Positions 15,553 to 23,387 of a stretch of DNA of 32,000 bases are shown here, one piece after another; within the stretch, counting starts at the first letter, position 1, and the number at the start of each line of letters is the position of its first letter. The notes beneath the pieces were generated by a model. The model made no database searches, had not been told where the DNA came from, and saw only the letters and a list, made by a program, of their open reading frames with translations. The stretch is from positions 450,001 to 482,000 of the forward strand of contig CP060262.1 in the NCBI GenBank assembly GCA_022646745.1. The letters are read 5' to 3'. The stretch is from Planctomycetales bacterium (GTDB lineage: Bacteria; 4484-113; JAFGCY01). Made by a program: the position numbers and the translations under genes.

Positions 15553-15898
15553 ACCGGCACTGCTGCAGCTGGCACTGACGGATGGGCAGGTCTGGCTGGC
15601 AATCGCGCTGACCGGCATCGGCACCTTCCTGCTGCGCTTCGTGATGTTCGCCGCACATGGCCGCATCCAGCTGCCGCAGCGCCTGTTCGATGCGCTGAAG
15701 TTCCTCCCGCCGGCGATCCTCGCAGCCCTGGTACTGCCGGCGATCTACCGCAGTGAGCCCTCCGGCTGGGCCCCGCGTGAGCCGGCACACCTGCTGGCGG
15801 GCCTGCTGGCGATCGGCATCGCCTGGCGCACGCGCAACATGCTGGCAACGATCCTCGGCGGGATGATCGCGATGTGGATCCTCGAAATCTGGCTGTAG
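15545..15898 (+). CDS. azlD: AzlD family branched-chain amino-acid transport protein
   Basis: 117 aa, very hydrophobic, overlaps the azlC end by 8 nt. The canonical azlC-azlD pairing is present. Confidence 0.8.
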   Translation: MPEPALLQLALTDGQVWLAIALTGIGTFLLRFVMFAAHGRIQLPQRLFDALKFLPPAILAALVLPAIYRSEPSGWAPREPAHLLAGLLAIGIAWRTRNMLATILGGMIAMWILEIWL

Positions 15899-15902
15899 CG
15901 GA

Positions 15903-15921
15903 GGCCAGGCTGTCAGCCTGG
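15903..15921 (+). terminator. palindromic hairpin immediately after azlD (possible terminator)
   Basis: GCCAGGCTG-T-CAGCCTGGC has 9-nt perfect arms and starts 5 nt after the azlD stop. No U-tract follows. Confidence 0.3.
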
Positions 15922-15925
15922 CAAT

Positions 15926-16026
15926 CAGACGACAGACTTCAGACCTCAGACGACAGATCTTTAATAGTTCCGTACTGCTTCAAAGCCACGGATTGCCCAT
16001 CTGGCGTCTGGGGTCTGATGTCTGGC
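15926..16026. repeat. heptad-armed hairpin repeat 'A'
   Basis: CAGACGA CAGACTT CAGACCT CAGACGA CAGAT, a ~40-nt loop, then ATCTGGC GTCTGGG GTCTGAT GTCTGG. Hand pairing gives ~26 bp with 2 mismatches and 1 wobble. The loop's 3' end, CACGGATTGCCCATCTG, resembles the loop of repeat B. Confidence 0.75.
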
Positions 16027-16221
16027 TTGCAACTCGCATCCGCTCGACTGCCGCGAGGTCTATCAAACGGTTTTGTCAACGCGGAGTCGCTGAGACGCGG
16101 AGAAATCCAATCCTCGTTGCTTGATCATTGAGCTAACTACAATCGTTTCGGGTAATCGAACAATGAACCCCCCACGCCTGCGGCGTGCTGCGCGGCCTCC
16201 TGCCTTGCCGGGATGAATAGT

Positions 16222-16328
16222 CAGATCCCAGACTTTAGACATCAGACTACAGATCCGCACGCGAACCACCCTGCATCAATGCACCGATTGCCATTCTGAT
16301 GTCCGGAGTCTGTTGTCTAATGTCAGAC
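16222..16328. repeat. heptad-armed hairpin repeat 'B' (degenerate)
   Basis: CAGATCC CAGACTT TAGACAT CAGACTA CAGATCC, a ~40-nt loop ending CACCGATTGCCATTCTG, then GAT GTCCGGA GTCTGTT GTCTAAT GTCAGAC. The cores pair; the spacers mostly do not. Confidence 0.65.
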
Positions 16329-16404
16329 AAGCCGCCGGACATTCCGGGTGGGTATCGAAGCGCAGCTGAGATCCACGGGCGGGAATGGCGGACATGCCAG
16401 CCCT

Positions 16405-18818
16405 CACATACTTAACTTAGTTTCTAAGCACTTGAAGATAAAATGTGTATAACTGGTTTGTATTTCCACTTACCTCTTTCAGAATCGTCATACTAGGAAT
16501 TCAAACTAACTAACATTTGCTGTTCGCATTAGCTTGAACATCTAAGTGTTGAGATATTTTTCAAGTAAAATTAGAATTATTGGCACTGGTATAGTAAACA
16601 ATAATACCCTCGAAACCGAAATTAATGGATTCAAAAAATTCTTGAACCACTCCAGCTCTCGAATACATGAAATTTTATTTCCAATTGTCACTATTGCAAA
16701 TAGAGAAGCCCCAAATAACAAGAGACAACAAGGTATAACAGCGAACAATATTTTTACATTACTATTTAAGTCAAGAGTGTACATAAAAAACGGCATCCAA
16801 TAATTCACAGAAGCCAGCACTGCAACCTGTACTCCTGTCAAGACAAACACAGATAAGACAAGATAAATTATTCTACTTGGAAGTTTGGCATAATAATCCA
16901 ATTTTTCATCTTTTCTCTTATCTTCTCCTGATAATGCTTCAATAGTTGCGCTGCTTTTTTGAGACTCTGTTCTTAGTATATCTAGTTGTTCCTTATGCTC
17001 CTGCAGCTCTTTCTGTGCTTCAAGAAGTTTAGTCTTCATTGAGATTGCTTCAGCGCTACTCTGCTCAGCCGACCTTCGAAGTAAGTCTCGCTCAGCACCA
17101 GTTTTGAGCAATTCTTCGGAAATAGTGTCGTTTACCAATGCTACCGCACGAGAATCATCAATTTCATTGTTAATTCTTGAACGCAAGCCGTCGTTTACTA
17201 ACACGCTAGTCATAATGTCTTCACCAAGATCATCGATATTTTCTTGTCGAGATAAAATATTGATGATTTTGTGAGCGGTGTCTTTTGTATCCTCATCGCT
17301 TGACATACCGAGAATTGGCAATTGCACATAACCAATTATCGCTTTATCTAACGCAACTTGTCGAGGTATCCAGAATTGAAGCAAGTTTGCTATGGCAGTA
17401 GGATAGACGCAACTTGAAACTCTTGATCCATTTTTTGCTTGCATTTCCAAATCAAATCCAATGAGCTTTCTATCAAGAGTCACAATCCAGTATTTTGCTT
17501 CGAGTGGAGACTCAACATCAAATCCCCTAGCTTCCCTTACTTTTTGAAACAAAAACATGTCATGATCGGCTCTGTCATATGCTTTTTGCTCATCAAGTTG
17601 TCGATTCATCCTCATTAATCTTTCTTTGTAAGATTCAATTAAATTCAGTTGGAATTGTGCTACTGTTGCCTCTTTTCTAGTAATGGGCATTATCGTAAAG
17701 CCAAATTTCTTTGTTAACACTGTCTTTAGATCTGTTGAGTAAGGTTTTAATATTTCAACTGGATTTGCAGCTTTACCAGTTGCAATTACTTTATCTGCAA
17801 CAATCTTGTAGAAATCTGAATAACCTGACTTTAATATTATTCTTGCAAGTTTGACATCAATTATTCCCTTCTGAGTATTCAGACACAACCATTGAATATG
17901 GGATGCAATTTCTCCCAGTGTTTTTTGCGATATCATCAATCTGTAATTTACACTGCCTCTTACAGCACGTAGCAATTCCATAAGAGAGATGATTGATGAA
18001 TGCGCTGGATGCAAACTAAGCCCCATCGCTGATAAAGCAACATTTGTATCAACATATATATGGAATTCTGGCTTATTTCCTAACTGCGCCTGAATGTGAT
18101 TAAGTGCTTCAATCGAAAGTGAATTTGCCTGGTAAACGAATGAAGCATGCGTGAAAGTAGCTAAGTATGTCGAAACTGCTGCATTTGAAGAAAGTAAAAA
18201 TTGAGCAACTGCTCTACATATAACCTCTCGTTCCTTCTCAGTTTCATAATTCGAGAGGAACGTTGTCAAATCGGTCGAATCATCGAATGTGAATTTTCCA
18301 TTCAAAATGTACTCAAAAGTGGAAACACTATTCCTTGCAAATAACGGAACCAGAAATTGCTCAAGAAACATATCCCAATGTGCATTTTGTGGGTCTAGTC
18401 CTGAGCCCAGAATTGCCTGCAGATATGTTTGTTTGGCCTGTTCTTCAATAGTTAAGTAATGAACTAAATCGTCACTGTATTCCTTTTTAGTTTCCGGTGA
18501 TAACAAATATTTCTTTGATCTTCTTATAAAACGAGTTATTTTTTCCCTTTCGAGATTTTTGCAAATGTTTTCTACTTCCAAGTATTCCAATCTAATGTTG
18601 TATGCGGTCTGTAGAAATTCAATGATTTCTTGAAAACTCAGTTCTTTCTCTGCGCTGAATAGTGCTGCAATGACAAATTGCGTCTTAGCCTTGTTCCACC
18701 ACATGCTCTTGTTTAATTTTACATGAGCGGCGCACTCAATAAATTGGGGCGAAAGAATCTGTCTTTGATTTAGAGTCATAAATGTAACAACTTTACCACA
18801 TTTTTATTACAGTTTACC
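16405..18818. other. compositionally foreign AT-rich islet (putative horizontally acquired insertion), single gene
   Basis: Sampled 60-nt lines are ~32% G+C inside and ~65% just right of 18819. The right edge coincides with the uvrB stop. The left edge (~16405) is less sharp. I saw no integrase, tRNA or flanking direct repeat. Confidence 0.7.
16542..18779 (-). CDS. 745-aa multidomain protein: N-terminal winged-helix-like region, PIN-like nuclease domain, coiled coil, 3-4 C-terminal TM helices
   Basis: The only long ORF in the islet, with an ATG start. Residues 239-249 'FHIYVDTNVAL' match the PIN beta1 motif. Later acidic motifs are 'RADHDMF' (403-409) and 'WIVTLDRKL' (431-439). wHTH-like 'ELSFQEIIEFLQTAYNIRLEYLEVENICKNLEREKITRFIRRSKKYLLSPE'. 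Charged coiled coil at ~560-630. Hydrophobic helices at ~634-660, 676-699 and 722-739. Confidence 0.8.
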   Translation of the reverse strand: MTLNQRQILSPQFIECAAHVKLNKSMWWNKAKTQFVIAALFSAEKELSFQEIIEFLQTAYNIRLEYLEVENICKNLEREKITRFIRRSKKYLLSPETKKEYSDDLVHYLTIEEQAKQTYLQAILGSGLDPQNAHWDMFLEQFLVPLFARNSVSTFEYILNGKFTFDDSTDLTTFLSNYETEKEREVICRAVAQFLLSSNAAVSTYLATFTHASFVYQANSLSIEALNHIQAQLGNKPEFHIYVDTNVALSAMGLSLHPAHSSIISLMELLRAVRGSVNYRLMISQKTLGEIASHIQWLCLNTQKGIIDVKLARIILKSGYSDFYKIVADKVIATGKAANPVEILKPYSTDLKTVLTKKFGFTIMPITRKEATVAQFQLNLIESYKERLMRMNRQLDEQKAYDRADHDMFLFQKVREARGFDVESPLEAKYWIVTLDRKLIGFDLEMQAKNGSRVSSCVYPTAIANLLQFWIPRQVALDKAIIGYVQLPILGMSSDEDTKDTAHKIINILSRQENIDDLGEDIMTSVLVNDGLRSRINNEIDDSRAVALVNDTISEELLKTGAERDLLRRSAEQSSAEAISMKTKLLEAQKELQEHKEQLDILRTESQKSSATIEALSGEDKRKDEKLDYYAKLPSRIIYLVLSVFVLTGVQVAVLASVNYWMPFFMYTLDLNSNVKILFAVIPCCLLLFGASLFAIVTIGNKISCIRELEWFKNFLNPLISVSRVLLFTIPVPIILILLEKYLNT

Positions 18819-20969
18819 CTACCCCACCTTCCCCCGGTTCGCCCCTTCGCTCTTCATCTTGCGGGCCATCTTCTTCGTCAGCGCGTCCACCTGGTCGCGC
18901 ACCAGTGCGGCTTTTTCGAACTCCAGCAGTTCCGCCCACTTGTGCATCTGCGCCTCCAGCTCGGCGACCAGCATTGTCAGTTCGCCGATGCCCATCGCGT
19001 CATGTTCGTCCGGGATGCTCGCCTGGGCGACCTTGATCACCTTCAGGCCGCTTTCCTCCAGCCCTTCCGTGATGTCCTGGATCTTCTTGATGATGGTCTT
19101 CGGCGTGATGCCGTGCTCCTCGTTGAAGGCCAGCTGGATGTCGCGGCGGCGGTTCGTCTCGTCTATCGCGCGCTGCATCGAGGGCGTGATCTTGTCAGCG
19201 TAGAGAATCACCTCACCGTTCACGTTGCGGGCTGCGCGGCCGATGATCTGGATCAGCGAGCGGTCCGAGCGCAGGAAGCCTTCCTTGTCGGCGTCGAGGA
19301 TGCAGATCAGCGAGACCTCTGGCAGGTCGAGGCCCTCCCGCAGCAGGTTGATGCCGACCACCACGTCGTAGGTGCCGAGCCGCAGGTCCTTCAGGATGCG
19401 GATGCGCTCCACGGTGTCAACGTCCGCATGCAGGTACTGCGTCTTCACGCCGCTGTCAGACAGGTAGTCGCTGAGCTTCTCCGCCATGCGCTTCGTGAGC
19501 GTCGTCACCAGTGTGCGCTCGCCGCGCTCGATGCGCCCGCGCACCCGCTCCAAGAGGTCGTCAATCTGGTGCTTGGTGGGCTCGATCACGATCTGCGGGT
19601 CCACGAGCCCGGTCGGGCGGATGATCTGCTCGGCGGTGTTTTCAGTCACCTGCAGTTCATAGGGCCCGGGCGTGGCGGTGGTGTAGATCACCTGGTTGAC
19701 ATACTTCTCCCACTCGTCGAAGCGCAGCGGGCGGTTGTCAAGCGCGCTTGGCAACCTGAAGCCGAAGTCGACGAGTGTCTGCTTGCGCGAGCGGTCGCCG
19801 TTGTACATGCCGTGCAGCTGCGGGATGGTCACATGGCTCTCGTCAATGATCATCAGGAAGTCGTCGGGGAAGTATTCGATCAGGTTTGACGGCGTCTCGC
19901 CCGGCATGCGGCCGTCGAAGTGCCGCGAGTAGTTCTCGATGCCGTTGCAGTAGCCGACGTTCTCGATCATCTCAATGTCGAAGTGCACGCGCTCCTTCAG
20001 GCGCTGGTACTCTAGGAGCTTGCCCTCCTTCTCAAACTTCGCCAGCTGCTCACGGGCCTCGCGGCGGATGCTCTTGATGGCCAGCTCCTGCTTCTCGGGG
20101 ATCAGCACGTAGTGCGTGGCCGGGAAGACGTAGGCCTTCTCCAGCTGCTCCTGCTCCTTCATCGTGACCGGGTCGACGCGGGCGATGCGCTCCAGCTCGT
20201 CGCCGAAGAACTCGAGGCGCAGGATCTCCTCCTTGTCGGCGGAGAAGATCTCGAACACATCGCCCTGCACGCGGAAGGAACCGCGCACCAGCTCGTAGGA
20301 GTTGCGCATGTACTGCATGTCAACCAGGCGGCGGATCAGGTGCTCTCGCCGCACCTCGAAGCCGGGGAACAGCCTGAGGCTGAGCTTCTCGTAGTCCTCG
20401 GGCGAGCCGAGGCCGAAGATGCAGGACACGCTGGCAACGACGATCACATCACGCCGGGTCAGCAGCGCCTCGGTGGCGCTGTGGCGCAGGCGGTCGATCT
20501 CCTCGTTGATCTGGCTGTCCTTCTCGATATAGGTGTCGGTCTTCGGGATGTAGGCCTCGGGCTGGTAGTAGTCGTAGTAGGAGACGAAGTACTCCACGTG
20601 GTTCTCGGGGAAGAACTGGCGGAATTCGGCGCAGAGCTGGGCCGCCAGCGTCTTGTTGTGGCAGATCACGAGCGTGGGCTTCTGGGTGGCCTGGATCACG
20701 TTGGCCATGGTGAAGGTCTTGCCGGTGCCGGTCGCGCCGAGCAGCACCTGGTGCTTCAGCTCACGGCCGACGCCGTCCACCAACGAGGCGATCGCCGTCG
20801 GCTGGTCACCGCCGGGGGTGTAGTCCGCCGCCAGCCTGAACTCACCCTCACGCTGCCAGAAATCGGCCTCCACGGCCGCCGCGCCGAACACATCCTCATT
20901 GACGGGATCGTCACCGGGCAGGCGATGCTGCTCGTCCTCGGATACCTTCCACTTCTTCGCCTTGGGCAT
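18819..20969 (-). CDS. uvrB: excinuclease ABC subunit B
   Basis: '[10 protein letters not shown]', Walker A '[15 protein letters not shown]', helicase motifs and a C-terminal UVR domain '[28 protein letters not shown]'. The ~40-aa N-terminal extension may reflect a later true start (in-frame GTG codons exist). Confidence 0.95.
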   Translation of the reverse strand: MPKAKKWKVSEDEQHRLPGDDPVNEDVFGAAAVEADFWQREGEFRLAADYTPGGDQPTAIASLVDGVGRELKHQVLLGATGTGKTFTMANVIQATQKPTLVICHNKTLAAQLCAEFRQFFPENHVEYFVSYYDYYQPEAYIPKTDTYIEKDSQINEEIDRLRHSATEALLTRRDVIVVASVSCIFGLGSPEDYEKLSLRLFPGFEVRREHLIRRLVDMQYMRNSYELVRGSFRVQGDVFEIFSADKEEILRLEFFGDELERIARVDPVTMKEQEQLEKAYVFPATHYVLIPEKQELAIKSIRREAREQLAKFEKEGKLLEYQRLKERVHFDIEMIENVGYCNGIENYSRHFDGRMPGETPSNLIEYFPDDFLMIIDESHVTIPQLHGMYNGDRSRKQTLVDFGFRLPSALDNRPLRFDEWEKYVNQVIYTTATPGPYELQVTENTAEQIIRPTGLVDPQIVIEPTKHQIDDLLERVRGRIERGERTLVTTLTKRMAEKLSDYLSDSGVKTQYLHADVDTVERIRILKDLRLGTYDVVVGINLLREGLDLPEVSLICILDADKEGFLRSDRSLIQIIGRAARNVNGEVILYADKITPSMQRAIDETNRRRDIQLAFNEEHGITPKTIIKKIQDITEGLEESGLKVIKVAQASIPDEHDAMGIGELTMLVAELEAQMHKWAELLEFEKAALVRDQVDALTKKMARKMKSEGANRGKVG

Positions 20970-21018
20970 AACGGGGCATTATACCCGTTATACGGTACGT
21001 TTGTTAAGATGTGGCAGT

Positions 21019-22674
21019 TCAGGGCAGCAGCTGGGCGAAGCGCAGTTCATCCGGCACCACGGTGTGATAAAGGATGGCCGGCTGGTTGTCAGGCATCAGC
21101 ACCAGTCCCAGTGATCCGCTGCTTGCCGCCGGGTCCACCCTGCTGACCTTCCAGTCGGTACCGGCCGCCGGGGTGGTCGAGTCCGTCCATGCATAGTGTA
21201 CGGAAAGCTCGCCGGCATGGCGGTAGGCAACACCGATCCCGCCGGGGATCCTGATCATCCGCACGAGCGGATCGCCTTCCACGCGTACACCGACGTCCAT
21301 CGTATGCCGCTGCTGGAAGTCACCGGGGCTGGCCGGGTCCACCACGCTGCTGATGGCGTAGCTCAGGTGGTCCGGATAGCCGAGATAGGCCACCGCGGGC
21401 TTGCCGTCGAGGTCCAGGCAGCTGCCGGCGGTCTGCCCCAGCAGGTTGTCAACGGCACTGATCGTGAAGTCAGCGGGATCCACCGGCATTGCCAGCGGAC
21501 TGTAGGCATAGATGAGTTCACGATCCGGGTACTTCGAATACAGCAGCACCGGGCGGTCCGCCAGGCTGGCCAGCGACACATTGAAATAGGCCTCGCCTGG
21601 CGCCAGTTCAGCACCGGCGACCACTTCCTGCCAGTCCGCATCACCGAGCGGGACTCCCTTGGTGGCGCGGCGGTAGATCACCTGGTCCTCGGCAAAGCCC
21701 TGCTGCACGAAGGCGACGGCCGGCTTGCCGTCGATCATCGCCAGCCCGAGGTTGCGGTCGTTGCGGGCATAGCCCATCGAGCTCCAGTACCACTCCCCGA
21801 TCCCGTTCGGGAAGTTGTTCGTGCCATGCGCGTAGTAGACCTCCGGCGGAATCATTCCATCCGGGCCGTACATCACGGCGATCACCGGCACATTGCCGAC
21901 ACCGAGCAGGCGTGTTGCCTGCACACGGTTGGGATAGCCCGTATCAATGTCATGGCAGGTCCAGTCAGTACCAGCAAGCGGTTTCTCAATGTCAGCCTTG
22001 CACATCACGAGTTCGTACCCGAGGGTACCGTTGCGTTCATAGATGAATGCCGCCCGGTCGCCGACCCGGCCCAGGTCGAACACCTGGCTGTCCGGGTGCA
22101 GGTCGTCAACGGAGTGGATCTCCCATTGCGGCAGGTCAAGCTGGATGAAGGACCGGACCAGCCTGGCCTGCACGTCGTCAAATGCCGCGAATGCAATGTA
22201 GGCGTTGCCAGCCGGGCTGCGCAACTGCTGCCAGCCGACGGCCAGCTGGTCCATCCCGGCGGTGTAGGGAGTCCAGCTCCATCGGCCCGCAGGGTAGTCG
22301 GCGTAACCGATCCACAGCTTCTGCGGATCAGTCACATCAGCCAGTTCAAAGTGCACGCTGTCAAACTGCGAGGCCCCGGGATGGAAGCGGTACATCACCC
22401 AGGCAGGCTTGCCCGGATCAGCGCTGATCATGAAGTCATTGCCCTGCACCCAGCCACCTTTCAGCAGGTACCAGTCCTTCCCCTGAAGTTCCAGCAAGGT
22501 GGCGACGCTGACGGAGCCGTGATCGTCATCCGGCCAGGGCGGGTTCAGCATTTCCGGTGCAGTTGTTGCTTCCTGAACACCCGTTGCGTTGACAATCAGC
22601 TGTGTGGTTGAATGGCGGGAACAGGAGATCAGCAGGACAAGCATCGCAGGCAACAGGTAACACAACATCCGCAT
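21019..22674 (-). CDS. lipoprotein with ~45-aa blade-like repeats (putative beta-propeller)
   Basis: I moved the start to the ATG at 22674, preceded by GAGGAGG at 5 nt. 'MRMLCYLLPAMLVLLISC' is a signal peptide with an L-I-S-C lipobox. The C-terminal half repeats the pattern 'hxhDGKPAVAY...LxYA...P..DW', e.g. 'MIDGKPAVAFVQ', 'LDLDGKPAVAYLGY', 'IPGGIGVAYRH'. Confidence 0.75.
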   Translation of the reverse strand: MRMLCYLLPAMLVLLISCSRHSTTQLIVNATGVQEATTAPEMLNPPWPDDDHGSVSVATLLELQGKDWYLLKGGWVQGNDFMISADPGKPAWVMYRFHPGASQFDSVHFELADVTDPQKLWIGYADYPAGRWSWTPYTAGMDQLAVGWQQLRSPAGNAYIAFAAFDDVQARLVRSFIQLDLPQWEIHSVDDLHPDSQVFDLGRVGDRAAFIYERNGTLGYELVMCKADIEKPLAGTDWTCHDIDTGYPNRVQATRLLGVGNVPVIAVMYGPDGMIPPEVYYAHGTNNFPNGIGEWYWSSMGYARNDRNLGLAMIDGKPAVAFVQQGFAEDQVIYRRATKGVPLGDADWQEVVAGAELAPGEAYFNVSLASLADRPVLLYSKYPDRELIYAYSPLAMPVDPADFTISAVDNLLGQTAGSCLDLDGKPAVAYLGYPDHLSYAISSVVDPASPGDFQQRHTMDVGVRVEGDPLVRMIRIPGGIGVAYRHAGELSVHYAWTDSTTPAAGTDWKVSRVDPAASSGSLGLVLMPDNQPAILYHTVVPDELRFAQLLP

Positions 22675-22836
22675 GACGGCCTCCTCAGCTCGGCGGAAAC
22701 TCCGCCAAGCATTCAGCCTACCCGCAGCAGCTGGATCTGAACACCACTGCTGGCAATTGTGACTGATACTCAGTTGCAGTATGCGATTGCATGCAGGCGC
22801 AGGACTGCTGACAGGAACCTTGCAGGTCACATACGA

Positions 22837-23294
22837 TCAGTCGAAGCGGTTTGCATACTTGAGCAATCCAGCGCTCTCGTCACCGTATCCAACCGCCACT
22901 GTGCCATCAACCTCCGCAATGCTCGTATGGGCAAGGGCCGCACTCGCCTCAGGTACATCCGCGTAGTTGTCCCATGCACCGGCAGGAAGTCCCTTAGCAG
23001 TGAAGCTCGTTACAATCTGCACAAATACGATTCCGGAATATGGCTGATGACGGGAAAACCATTCACCAGGGCCATGGAAAGATAGTTGTCGAAATTCCCA
23101 GCAGCCAGTGCAGTCTCTGCCACCTGCCAGTCGCCAAGCAATCCTCCATCCGGAGTGTCAGCCCGTGCGTACCAGGTCACACCAGCATTGGAATCATATG
23201 CGCAAACAACCGGATTGCCATCCGCAAGGATGATATCGACGTGGAGCGGGACGCTCATGGACTGGATTGCCAACAAGCATGCGAAGCAGCTCAC
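22837..23294 (-). pseudogene. frameshifted short paralog of the blade-repeat lipoprotein (or a sequencing indel)
   Basis: Two overlapping ORFs (23294-23010 and 23022-22837) in different frames both carry the blade pattern ('ILADGNPVVCAYDSNAGVTWYARADTP...DW', 'IAEVDGTVAVGYGDESAGLLKYA'). A 1-nt shift near 23025-23040 would join 'NGFPVISHIPES' to 'GIVFVQIVTSFTAKGLPAGAW'. Confidence 0.45.
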
Positions 23295-23387
23295 CCTTGC
23301 CCGTCTTCCACTTCTTCGGCCTGGCCATCGTCAGGCATGGAACCGTGATATCCGGCAAGTTTGATCAACGGTGCCGGAGCCCAAGCA

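Noticed and set aside
15874-16269. ORF-track entries 15874-16131(+) and 16063-16269(-) in the azlD-to-islet spacer.
   Set aside because: Both run through the hairpin-repeat arms; their SDDRLQTSDDR-type strings come from translating the CAGAC heptads. They have no SD or family motif. I also looked here for a tRNA or tmRNA integration target and could not fold one.
13725-16328. Considered whether the short periodic repeats could be a degenerate CRISPR array or coding tandem repeats.
   Set aside because: The period is 7 nt with no spacers of CRISPR size, and the units occur as inverted blocks around a loop. A 7-nt period is out of frame for coding repeats.
16405-18818. Searched the islet edges for direct repeats (att-like), an integrase, or additional small ORFs such as an antitoxin or partner gene.
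   Set aside because: I found none by eye. The only other ORF (16546-16803, +) is antisense to the TM-coding end of the main gene and looks like a low-complexity AT-rich artefact. The islet is therefore reported as single-gene with an unknown insertion mechanism.
20850-20969. A ~40-aa N-terminal extension of UvrB before the conserved 'F.L...Y.P.GDQP' start region.
   Set aside because: This is probably a start-codon choice artefact, since in-frame GTG codons occur later, or a lineage-specific tail. It is not informative without ortholog alignment.
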